NCBI GenBank assembly: GCA_002104905.1
Contig: MCFE01000034.1
Coordinates: forward strand, 150,712-214,711
DNA from: Basidiobolus meristosporus CBS 931.73
Taxonomy: Eukaryota; Fungi; Basidiobolomycota
Length of the DNA: 64,000 nt
Direction of reading: 5' to 3'
The position numbers were made by a program, and so were the translations under genes. How positions within the stretch are numbered: position 1 is the stretch's first letter; each line of letters starts with the position of its first letter. Positions 46,473 through 57,079 of this stretch are shown piece by piece. The notes below the pieces were generated by a model. The model did no database searches and had not been told where the DNA came from. It was given only the letters and a program-made list of their open reading frames with translations.

Positions 46473-47437
46473 ATGTCCAGTTATTATTCTAGTAACTGCA
46501 CTTGCCAAAGAACATATATTAGACTGGGTATGGTGGAGGCTGAAAATATTACTCTTGATCTCGACCATATTCATTCCGGTGGTGGTGAAATTGCCCCCTT
46601 TTCTGATTCTTCTATATTTTCTACCTCAACTCCCAATATTTCTCCGAATCCACCTCTTGCTGAGTTTGCAAATGATACATCGATTGGTTCTATCTCACAG
46701 GCTGAGCCCGCCAATGATGTGGATCAGCAGAGGCTAATTCCAAACCCAGTATCACAACCATCCCCCGTCTGCGATTTAGCCATGGCCAGGGCTAAATGCA
46801 AGGTCGGACGCAAGCGCAAGTGCGAAGTAATAGATAAAGAGTTACTGGCCAAAGCAAGGTAGCGAAAGATTGCAGTAAGTAAACTATCATGTACTAACCA
46901 GCCCCAACCCTTGCAATTAGGGTTATCCGCAATCGAGCTGCTGAAATCAAGCGCCGTTATATCATCAATTTAGAGCAGACCAATACTCGGCTTTGTATAG
47001 AAAATGAGAAACTGGGGAGAAAGCTAAACGAAGTTGAGGAAGAAAAGTACAATCTGATTAAGCGGCTAGAAGCAATCACTTCGCAATTGTCCATTTCCCG
47101 AGCTCGTGCACAAGCTCAAATAAATGTTGCAGAGGTGTCCAATATCCTTTTTGACGGTTTTGGCGAGTCAGCAGTACTCACTAAGTTGGAATACGGGAAG
47201 TGTATTCACAATTCTCAGCAGCGGAGATCGTCAATAAATCCGAGGGGCCTTCACACAGTGACTTCCAGGGAAATCGTTGCCAAGTATGTTCAGCGGAGTG
47301 TTGCGTTGGTAGTATGGGTCCTCATGTGGCTTTCCGGTCATGAATCCCAACCAGCCATATCATCCACTGGCCATGCACCAATTTCAGATGCAGCGATGGA
47401 GTCATTGATATCTCTGCCATGCTCTCCAACAATGTGA
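46473..47437 (+). CDS. HAC1/XBP1-like bZIP transcription factor (spliceosomal intron ~46859-46920; predicted IRE1 intron 47172-47218)
   Basis: GRKRK...AR|VIRNRAAEIKRRYIINLEQTNTRLCIENEKLGRKLNEVEEEKYNLIKRLEAI zipper, ESAVL motif and paired CNGCAG stem-loops. The start may be 46530. Confidence 0.75.
47165..47226 (+). promoter_or_regulatory. Paired IRE1-cleavage stem-loops delimiting a 47-nt unconventional intron
   Basis: GAGT-CAG^CAGT-ACTC (47165-47179) and TTCT-CAG^CAGC-GGAG (47212-47226). Both have 7-nt CNGCAGN loops; intron length 47 = 3n+2. Confidence 0.7.
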
Positions 47438-48152
47438 AGGCATCGAGTGAAGATCGTAGACTATGTCTTTCTTTACTCATTTCTTGTAAATGGCCACCCT
47501 GACAACGATATCCAATAGTTTCAGTTTCATTGACGATTGTGGTGTGTGCCCGAGCAACACACCCGGGTCTGCTCCTTTTGAAGTCTGTAGAAAATAAATC
47601 GATTAATAATCCACTCAGAAGTATTCTTATATTAAAAGCGTATATACAAAGGATAATGGTGAATTACCATTCCGAGTTCCTACGACTGAAGCAGGTTTTA
47701 TTGGATGAAGTATACCCCATGTGACTAGTCCGTCGAGGGTAATTATTCACGTGCTACCGTATCCATCCCAAGACAATCCTATCTTCGTGGCGGGGAAATT
47801 AGCTATCGATAATACTAAACGGGTATCTTGGGCGAATATCAAGTGGCATCATTAAGGTTGGTTAGGGATATGCTGTACCATGTGCGCTAGAGTTGATTTG
47901 GAAATACATGATCATGTGTAAAGTAGGAATCCAGGAAAGAGAGCTGCGTGATAATCTCATTTCCTACACCATATATGCAAATTAAGCAAGAACATGTGCC
48001 TTCTGATTCCGGGTTCGTTACGATCTTTCCCTACCATCGAATTGGCTGTGTTATCGAAGCACTGTCCACGGAAGGGACTTCCGAGTGTTATCAGTTTATT
48101 CAGACTCATTAGATGCACATACACTGTGTGTTAGTGCTGTGAAACCCTGACC

Positions 48153-49300
48153 ATGCTAACCAACAACTCCTCGATTCCACCCACAGAATTCGATATAAAT
48201 AGTAAGATGATCATTCGAGGCCAACATTTCCTTAATCAGAAGAAATTCACCTACCATTGCTTTGATGCTGTTCTCCTTGCCTACCATTGTTGTTCGGTTC
48301 GATCAAGAGGTGGTTATTGCTCGTGGAGTTGCTGCAGAATCCCAAGGGTACTTCCTGAAGGGAGCCGTGGACCTAAAACTTACTGAATCCACACGAGTCA
48401 AAAGTATAATGCTTGAGCTGGTCGGGACAGTAGGTCTGTTCACACTGAACAAAGGTAATGATTGCACTTTGAAATCAATGAGGCTGTCACCACTCACCCA
48501 AATACGTCTTAGGTTGGTTACATAAATTCCTAGTAAAACAGCAATGGCCTTTATTAGAAGGATTCAAAGATGCCATATGTTTAAATGCAGGCACCCATTC
48601 CTATCAGTTCAATATCCTGTTGCCCGGTAACCTACCAGAAAGTATCAGCTTGGAAATGGGGGAAGTTGCATACACACTAAATGTTCGAGTGAAGCGACCC
48701 ACGTTTACAAGAGATGTAAAAGCCAGTAAGAGCTTGACTCTGCGTCGAGATTCTCTAGTTAATTTCAATACCGTTGATGATCTGTTCTCCAATCCAAATT
48801 CCCTCGCAGCTTCACTTCAACAATCAATTCACTTTCCTATCAGAGCTATTGTCCAGGGAGAGTCGATTCCACTGGTGATTATGGTTAGCCATCTGATTGA
48901 GCACTCCATTAACAGCTTGGTGATTTCGGTGCGTGAACATGTTAAATATCAGAGTAGCGTATCAGCATTTCAGACCGTGAAACACATAGCCAGATTTCAT
49001 TTCAAAGTCTACCCAGACGACATTGCGGAAGAGAAAAAAGTGATCCTGAACTTGAGTAATTGCTCTGTGCGGTTTAGTTGCGACACAACGTACATACAGG
49101 TTGAGCACGAGTTGAACATTCAATTTAACCACCCTACACTTCAGCACGATATCAACATCCCCATCTGGCTTGCACCAAAGGAACTTCAGACTGCCTACGA
49201 TGAGCTACCGCCATATTCTGCGGGTCTAAGCGGTGGACTAGAATTGCCAACGTACGATTTGGTATCGCAGCCTTTGTCGCAGATGGTTTTATCCTCGTAG
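48153..49300 (+). CDS. Alpha-arrestin (ART family) with C-terminal PY motifs
   Basis: LKGAVDLKLTESTRVKSIMLEL; AGTHSYQFNILLPGNLPES; VAYTLNVRVKRPTF; VEHELNI; LPPYS and LPTYD. Start codon is uncertain. Confidence 0.85.
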
Positions 49301-50379
49301 GGCGAATGATCACCATCTGTCACACAACATTCCAAATGTATCATAGAGCACTGTCACGTACCAAATGCTTATCTGCCTCATCTTCCTTAATGTTTATCAC
49401 TTGAACATTACCCCATTCCCATCCTCACTGCGCTTCCTCGTCAAATACAATGGATCAATTCTCCTAATAATAGAGAATCCACAAGTCGCCCATTCTAACA
49501 ACACTACCCAATCGTAAAATAATCCTGGCGATGGCCTAAAATACAAAATAGTTTCAACCAACCGTCTACAATAAGTTCTTCAGATCTCGTTATGATTTTA
49601 AGGAAATAGCAGCCTGACCACAAAACAATTGGCTATGTATAACATGGATTCCTCCAGGTGATAGATTTGATAATCCATTATATTAAAATATGTGGCTCAG
49701 GTGTGTACAACAAAATGTACCGTTATTCATGAGGTAGCTACATATTTTCGCTCTGCATGGCTTTACGTTGACCAGTTTCCACTACTGCCTTTCTGTGTGG
49801 GTTCATCTATTTGTTTCGCCTGCTTCTTTTCCTACTTTTAGCCTTTTCCCCAGCTAACAGGTTTGTCGAGTTGCTCCTCCCTTTGTTTAACTTTCTTCTA
49901 ATATCTCCTTCTTTGGAGCTTGATCGTTTGATATGCTAATAACCGTCTAAATACTCTAGTTAGAATATAACCTCTATTTCCCTTGTAAAGACTTCTATTG
50001 GCTCCGACTACGACATTACCAGTTCCTGACCACTTAATAACAGGATCCTAACCTTGCACACGCACAAAAGACAGCCCTTCAAGCATAAATAGCCATTGAG
50101 GTAGTTCTAATTGCCCATCCAGTTAAGCGCAAAGCGCTAGCAGAAAGCCTAGAATATGTGGGTTAGAGCTAGTCTAATTGGCTCGAGCCTTGGTCGCAAG
50201 AATCTGGAGCTGTCGGCGAACTTTATTCTACAAGTGAGCGAACCCTTGCGCACTCAAAAGAACCTCCATTTCTATCGTATCATCACAAAAAACTTCCCCC
50301 ACTACAAAGGTATTTTTTCTGGACTCGTCTTTTAACCAACTTAATTGGCTAACTTCGCTCCATTTGAATAGTCGCTGAG

Positions 50380-51067
50380 AGTGACGACTATGAGGAAATC
50401 AAGGAGAACTTTCGCTATCTCAACGAAGTTCTTATCACCTTGATCGACAGAAAGAAAACCTCCAACAACATAGCGAGCTGGTTGCGAGGTTGGTATGAGG
50501 AGAATTCCGTGGTGAGTTGCTTTGGCAACTGTGAATTTAGCTTATATCCTAAAACTATTTTTGATACTCAAGCCTAAAGAGAAGAAAGAGCTACCCGCTT
50601 CTTGTCGGTGTGACTTAGCTTCTTCTCATCCTTGTGTGAATGATCATTTTGGTAACAAAGATATTCTTCCACCGCCGCAAACAAGTAATATGAGTTCCAG
50701 CCCCGACAGCTCATACATACAGGGTGTTCATAATACCGCTTGTAGCGTAAACTCCGGAACCTCTGCTAACAGCATCACGAGCCACGTATCCTTAGATCAA
50801 GAATATCAGGACTCAGATTCAGAAATGTTCGATTGTATGGCCACTGTTTCCTTGGATAGCCAAAGCTCGGTAGAATTAGATGGGGCAGACAGTTGGTGGT
50901 CGAACCAAGGGTTAGAAGCACTTGGACATTGGTTTGCTGATTCTGCGACAATGAGAAAGAGCAGCCAAGATACCGGAATATGGGGATTCCCAGGTCAGAT
51001 TATATCCCTTCTGACCTACCCTACTATTGATGGTAATTCAATGAAGAAACCAAGCTATGCCGGTTAG
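50380..51067 (+). CDS. Hypothetical spliced protein (3' part; upstream exons unresolved)
   Basis: Coding-like exon DYEEIKENFRYLNEVLITLIDRKK...WYEENSV|gtgagt followed by Ser-rich ORF 50522-51067. Confidence 0.35.
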
Positions 51068-51957
51068 TTGGGACATTACACAACATCAAATCCTGCGGTC
51101 TACTGACATGAACCATAGTGCTTCGAGAGACTTCTCAAGTGACCCAGCGACGTAAAGTGCTCTGTTTCTTGACACTCTATGTGGTATAATGCGATACGCC
51201 TCATTCGATTTGTTTCTCCTGCTACTCGTCATTTCCTGTTGTGGTATACTCTATTTGATGAAGAATTCCGGTAGAGTGAACGTGCAAATGGCTAAAAGGT
51301 AATTTTGATCTCAGAACTCGATACGAACGTTGATTTAATTTGAGCTAATTCTATTATTAGGACTGTTCGGCAACGGATGACTTGGGCCAAACAGTGGGCA
51401 GGCGGGTTCTTTCGTAAGGATGGTGCAATAGCAAAACAGTCCCAAGGTGGCATCATGCTCTTTCCTGCCAAGCAATCGCCAAAGCATTCTGCTTCGAACT
51501 CCTCAGTAGTGCCGCAAGAGCCAAGGTTCCTGCGACATAGAAGTAATACCGCACCGGATTTAGGTCCACCAAAATTGGCATCTACCAAATCGGGTGCTAC
51601 TCTACACCTTGTAAACAAGCAACGACGCATATTTTTTAGTAGATCCAAAGCGGCTTATCCCACTAGCAGTGAGAGCGGGGCTGAGCGCACTCAAATTTTC
51701 AGCTGAGAAGAGGGTCTCCGCCCATTTTGTAAACCCGCTTTTTCAGTAACCAAGTTTTGAAAGCCGATTTGGAAATCTTGTGTACAGATGTTAAATAAAT
51801 CATTTCACATTCGAAGAATATTGTTTATAAGGGGTCACCATATCGATTGGTATCTTGTGACAAGTGTGCGTTCTAAGTCCTGTTTACAGGTGTTAACGGA
51901 ACCATGTCACATTCCCAGAATAGCGCTTATAAGGGGAATATCATATCGATTGGTATT

Positions 51958-53528
51958 TTATGCATTCTGTTCGCTAGATTCTACATGGACGCTCTCCAAG
52001 CTGTCTTTAGCAGAGAGCTGTGGCGCATTCCGGACCACTTTTAGGTACCACACTGGGATGCCGGCCAGAACAATCCCCAGAGCTATCAGGCCCACCCAAA
52101 CATCGGGGATGTAGTCGGAGTGCGCTGACAAAGGCACAACAAACGGGGTAATAAGCAGCACGCACACAAGAAGAAAAAAGAAGATCGCAATGGGCCATAC
52201 ACGAAATGGTCGAGGGGCATCCGGTTGTCGCAGTCGCAAGCATATCAGCCCAAATACCGCAACTCCATAGAATATCCAGGTTGGGTACCGTAAGATTCCT
52301 GTCACTATATCAAACGCTTGTTCACTCGGTGGGCTAAATATGTAAATGCTGGTAATCACCCAGTTTAGCAAGAGTGCATTGATTGGCGTCCGCAGTGTCG
52401 GATGCAATTTAACGAAGACATCCTTATATGGTAAATAGCCGGCTTCCGCTGCGCTCAGAATTATTCTTGTGACGCTGTAGGTGACCGCGCTCACCGAGCC
52501 GTACAGACCAAGCCCCAGGAAGATCGGTAGAACACGGCTCCCAACTATCTGGCCAAATATTATTCGAGTGTACACGGCGCTGATAACATCATTGGATTGA
52601 ACGGCTACATCATACGGAATGACCGAGAAGTAAGAGATATTCGTGAAGATGTACAGGATCGAGGTTACGCCAACACCCGTGATAGCAGCACGAGGAAGCA
52701 CCTTCTTGGCATTATCAACATCGCCCACGCTAAAGGTCAATACTCCCCAGCCATCAAAAGACCAGAGAATTCGGTACAATGCAGACACATAGTTTCCGAA
52801 TATCGGTGATGTATTCCGAAATGGCTCTGACCATACATGTGTCTTCGGGATATCAATCAGCCCCACAGCCACAAGGAGTCCACAGCAGCTGAACATAGAC
52901 AATAACAGCAATTTCATCATCCCGATTGTGATGTGAATATTAATGGCTAGTCTGACGCGGATCGCATACGTCAGTGTGACCAGCGAAATGACTGCAAAGG
53001 CCAAGAGGCGACGCATCCATTCGGCCCACTTGATACCCAAAAATTTGTCCTTGCTCTCTTGGGAACCGAAGGCGGAGTAAAGTATATATTCGGACGATAC
53101 GATGGAGTTAACCGCTGCAGCCCCAGGTCGGATACATCTGAAATGGTAGTTAGAAAATGCCGAGCTTATGCGAGTCCCAACACTTACAGAATCATTGTCC
53201 AGCAAAACAAAAATGGAATTAGCTTTCTTGAGTTCTTATACACCGAGTCCAGATAGGCTCGTTCACCACCTGATTTTGGAATCATGGTTCCTAGCTCGAT
53301 GTATGATAAGGAACCGCATAGTGACACAAGTGAACCCACTATCCAAAGAATTATAGCAAGAACTGGTGCGCCAACCAGTGCCAAAACCTGGCCAGGAGAG
53401 GAGAAGATTCCTGAGCCGATCATTTGGCTAATGATCATCACGAAGCCTTCGAAGGCCGACAAAACAGGAATCCTTTCAACAATCATAGAACCATTCATGG
53501 AAAAATTGCTCCATTTCACATGGCACAA
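51958..53528 (-). CDS. APC-superfamily L-type amino-acid/methionine permease (intron at ~53145-53195)
   Basis: IISQMIGSGIFSSPG, YIELGTMIPKSGGERAYL, WSFDGWGVL...GDVDNAKKVLPRA, many hydrophobic helices and LRQPDAPRPF. Exact start is uncertain. Confidence 0.9.
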
Positions 53529-54232
53529 AGCTGGTTCTTTAATAGCAATTATCCAGAGGTTAGCTCAGGGACAAGATCCCGGAAGACACTCATTGGTTTC
53601 AGGGGACAGATGGTTTCTCATGTAGTTATTATATTTGCCTATTCTTCCGACCGTCTCGATTATATTTAAACTCTGACGATTGGGTACTTTGAAGTTTAAG
53701 GAGAGCAGGGTCAAGTAATCTAGAAACTCTATTTCAATTAAGCATCGGCTCCCACTCGTGATTTGAGTGGACGGGTTGGTTCTAAAAATGGCCATCTACT
53801 TCGATTTCCGCGTAAAGCAATATTCGATACCAGCGCTGGCGCCAAGCATTTCTCATGAAGCGTGCGCACTAATATAGCCCACCATTGTAAGCCTTCGTTA
53901 TGAAATGCACATAGATTTTTGACTTTATTGGTGTGTATATGGCCCATATAGTATACGCCCGTGATTCATTCCATCTATTGGTGAAGCCCCATGTCGTCAG
54001 TGTTTAGAAATAGTTAGCAATATCTTGAATCATGCTACTAGATTGCTATCCAATACTGCCAGGAAATAGAGAATGAACTCTTCAACTATGAATGAACATC
54101 CAATACTTGTTCCTAAAATTATGTCATGGTTTCAGGGTATTGATAGCTATCATCAACACAGCAAAGGGAATATATAACAATATATAATAGAATCTACATG
54201 CTCTAGCTGTCTTATGTATTGCTCATTATCCT

Positions 54233-54883
54233 TCAGCAACGATAGATGTTTCTTTGAATATAGTCGACCATTCGGTGATAGAAGATAGCAATGATAGGAT
54301 TGATAGTGACATGTTTTATGTGAGATGGATACAGGACATGGTCCTGATCATGCTCCCAGATATACGCAAAAATGTGGCGATAGAGAATAGGCTCATCTGG
54401 TTCGTTAACTTTATTTAGCATTCCATCATTTTACAGGCGAAGTTTCATCTCCCAAATACAAAACATTTGCCAATTGTCGACTCAGTCCTGGCAGTATTGG
54501 ACATGCAAATGGCTCCTTCATTGCGATAGTTTCCTACACTAGAGACCCAATACTTCTGTCCATTGGAGGTACTGTTGGGGCCTCTCATGTTTTTCCGAAC
54601 GTAGTTCGTGAGAAAGACTTCATTCTGCAACCGCCACCTATCATATATCTGAAGGCCACCTATGGCATTGCAGTAGATACCTCCACCCCGGTCAAGCAAG
54701 TTTGGCCAACATTTACATTGCGGTCTTTGCATCCAAGATTCACCGAAATACCACTTATCGGCAGAATATTCCTGGGTTCCTGCTCATTAATGTGCTGAGC
54801 GGTCGGCTGATAGCGGGGTTGCATTCAAAGGCCACGATGGCACCAACGAATCCGAGGAGTAGAGTAAAAATTGCGGCCCTCAT
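54233..54883 (-). CDS. Putative secreted Cys/His-containing protein, possibly disrupted
   Basis: MRAAIFTLLLGFVGAIVAF signal peptide at 54883. A frame change precedes ORF 54445-54732, and a probable intron leads into 54233-54421 (HIFAYIWEHDQDHVLYPSH). Confidence 0.4.
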
Positions 54884-55201
54884 CGTAAAGCTCAAGTAGT
54901 GTTATTGACTAACGAAGAGGACTGAGAATTTTGTAGTAAAGTGAGCCTTTTACAATCCTCCACGAAAGTGGTATTAGACTTGTCATGACTCAGATAGTTA
55001 CCTATTGCGTTATGAGGATTCTTCCTCTTGAACATGGCGCTGTGGGATTCTGAATTGCTTATGCAATGTCACGAATTTTTCAACTATTATTCCTCTTGGT
55101 ACAAAATCCACACAAATATAAAGGGCGCATGATACTATCTACCTTGTGCAAACTGTTCAAATGATCCAATCTGGATGGTACGTGCATGAAAGATCTAATG
55201 C

Positions 55202-55300
55202 AAGGGTTAGGGGGAGTGAAAGTCACCAAGATAGGTGAAATATTTATTTGAACTCAGTTAGGGGAGGGAAAGTCACCAAGGTAGGTGAAATCTTTATTTG
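55202..55300. repeat. Two short diverged copies of the direct-repeat end (GGTTAGGGG-GAAAGTCACCAAG-GGTGAAAT-TTTATTT)
   Basis: 55202-55250 and 55256-55300 match the starts of the 56232 and 56761 repeats. On the minus strand they read AATAAA followed by CCCCTAAC. Confidence 0.85.
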
Positions 55301-55386
55301 ATTTCAGACAGGTCTAACTACAAATAAAGAAGCCAGCTGGGAATAGAAGATTCCCAAAGTAAAAACTAAGTTGAATATGAATACAT

Positions 55387-56115
55387 CTAAGCTAAAGTCA
55401 AGGCAGTATCCCAGAGTACACTGGAGTTCAGGTTAATGGGGGAGTGAAGTAGATAAGCTTGAGAGATATAATAATCTTTCAGGAAGTGGGTAACAGCAGG
55501 TGAAGGGGAGTTTTTGATAAGTGAAGTGAATCTTGAGAGCAGAGATTCCTCTAATGAGAAGGTCTTGTAAACTGGAGAATCAGGAAACTCTTTAAAGGCA
55601 TGGTCAGTAGGTTCCCAGTAAAACTGGTCAGAGACATTTTGAGAGAATTGTTTAGCAATACTTTTGTCAAGTACTACCTCTAGAGTGTGATGGTTGATAA
55701 ATCTCATGTTAACAATCTTAGATAAATTGTAACCTTGTTGCTTGAGATACATCCTATGCTCAGATATAGGAATAAACTCCACATTGGCAAAGTAGCAGAC
55801 AGCCCAGTCAGTAGCAGGAGGTAAATCAGAAGTGGCAGGAAACTTTCTTTTGGTCTTGGGAGCAGCAGCAGGATTTCTTGAGGAAGCAGGAACAGGCTTT
55901 TTGACAGCTTCAGAGTAGGAAGAGTGAGGAGGAGCAGATGACTCTTGGGGAGTCTTGTTGACAGGAAGAGTTGGCACAGGGACAATAGATTCTTGCAGAT
56001 CAGAAAAGGCAGAAAACAGCTTTTGAACTTGCTTTTTGAGTAAAGCATTTTCAGCTTCAACAAGTGCAAGCCTTTCCTCAAGGAAGGAAATCTGAAGGGA
56101 ATGGAGTGAAGGCAT
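55387..56115 (-). CDS. 242-aa LINE ORF1/Gag-like protein (coiled coil, P/S/K linker with SYSEAVKK, compact alpha/beta domain)
   Basis: Uninterrupted ORF with N-terminal heptads LEERLALVEAENALLKKQVQKL. An SYxxV-type motif precedes an RRM-like segment (WAVCYFANV...IVNMRFINHHTLEVVL). The family call is an inference. Confidence 0.55.
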   Translation of the reverse strand: MPSLHSLQISFLEERLALVEAENALLKKQVQKLFSAFSDLQESIVPVPTLPVNKTPQESSAPPHSSYSEAVKKPVPASSRNPAAAPKTKRKFPATSDLPPATDWAVCYFANVEFIPISEHRMYLKQQGYNLSKIVNMRFINHHTLEVVLDKSIAKQFSQNVSDQFYWEPTDHAFKEFPDSPVYKTFSLEESLLSRFTSLIKNSPSPAVTHFLKDYYISQAYLLHSPINLNSSVLWDTALTLA

Positions 56116-56212
56116 CAGAAATAAGAAGCAGAGGGTAAGATGGGGTGGGTGGGTGGGTGGGAAAATTAGCGGGGAGAAGAGAAGGAAGGAGCAAAAATTC
56201 CAGAAGTCAGAA

Positions 56213-56218
56213 TTTATA
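56213..56218 (-). promoter_or_regulatory. Possible TATA box for the 242-aa ORF
   Basis: TATAAA on the minus strand about 100 nt upstream of the ATG at 56115, followed by a pyrimidine-rich leader. Confidence 0.3.
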
Positions 56219-56231
56219 GATGGATGGACAA

Positions 56232-56969
56232 GGGTTAGGGGGGATGAAAGTCACCAAGTGGTGAAATCTTTATTTACTTATGACAAGTATCTAAAGAAGC
56301 CAAGTTAATCTGAAGTAATTCCTAGAAAGTAAGGTCTGAGAGATATCTTCCTGGTAGGCCAGGTCTGAGAGGTGAGAGGCTGAGTGGTACTATATTTCCT
56401 GGTTAGCTAGGTCTGAGAGAGGTTTCCTGGAAAGCCAGGCCTGAGAAGTGAGAATCTGAATATATCTGAGCTAAGTTATACTGGTTTGCGGTAGCTGAAT
56501 TGTGGCCAGAATGGCCAGTAGACTGGGGGAACTGAGATGAATTTCTGGGCGATCACTGGCCATATTTACTAGGCAAATCTGGCTAATTAGCATTTCAAGG
56601 ATTTCAGCCAATCAGAGCCTTTACTTTGCCCAATGGTTGATCAAGCCATCTCCCAATGAGCACACATCAATTTATTGATCAAATTTTGCTGGATCCAGGA
56701 TTTGTACCCACAACCATGGGTATGGAAGGGTTAGGGATAACCACAAGGCTAAGTGTTCTTGGGTTAGGGGGGGAGGAAAGTCAACAAGTGGTGAAATCTT
56801 TATTTACTTATGACAAGTATCTAAAGAAGCCAAGTTAATCTGAAGTTATTCCTAGAAAGCTAGGTCTGAGAGATATCTTCCTGGTAAGCCAGGCCTGAGA
56901 GTCAAGAGGCTGAGTGGTACTATATTTCCTAGTTAGCTAGGTCTGAGAGAGGTTTCCTGGAAAGCCAGG
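56232..56969. repeat. Two ~208-bp direct repeats (56232-56439 and 56761-56969), each with four TTCCTGG-NN-AGCCAGG-TCTGAGA-like subrepeats
   Basis: The copies align by eye end to end with scattered substitutions; spacing is 529 bp. Confidence 0.92.
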
Positions 56970-57009
56970 GTGTAGGTGTTATAGTAAGGGCTAGGAAAAG
57001 GTTATAAGA

Positions 57010-57079
57010 GCAGGGGGTCTGGGGGATGCAGTCCCCTAGAGAATAAAAAAGCAGGGGGTTTGGGGGATGCAATCCCCCA
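57010..57079. repeat. Tandem pair of GCAGGGGGTYTGGGGGATGCARTCCCCY hairpin motifs
   Basis: Copies at 57010-57039 and 57051-57079. TGGGGGAT-GCA-ATCCCCCA forms a perfect 8-bp stem. Confidence 0.85.
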
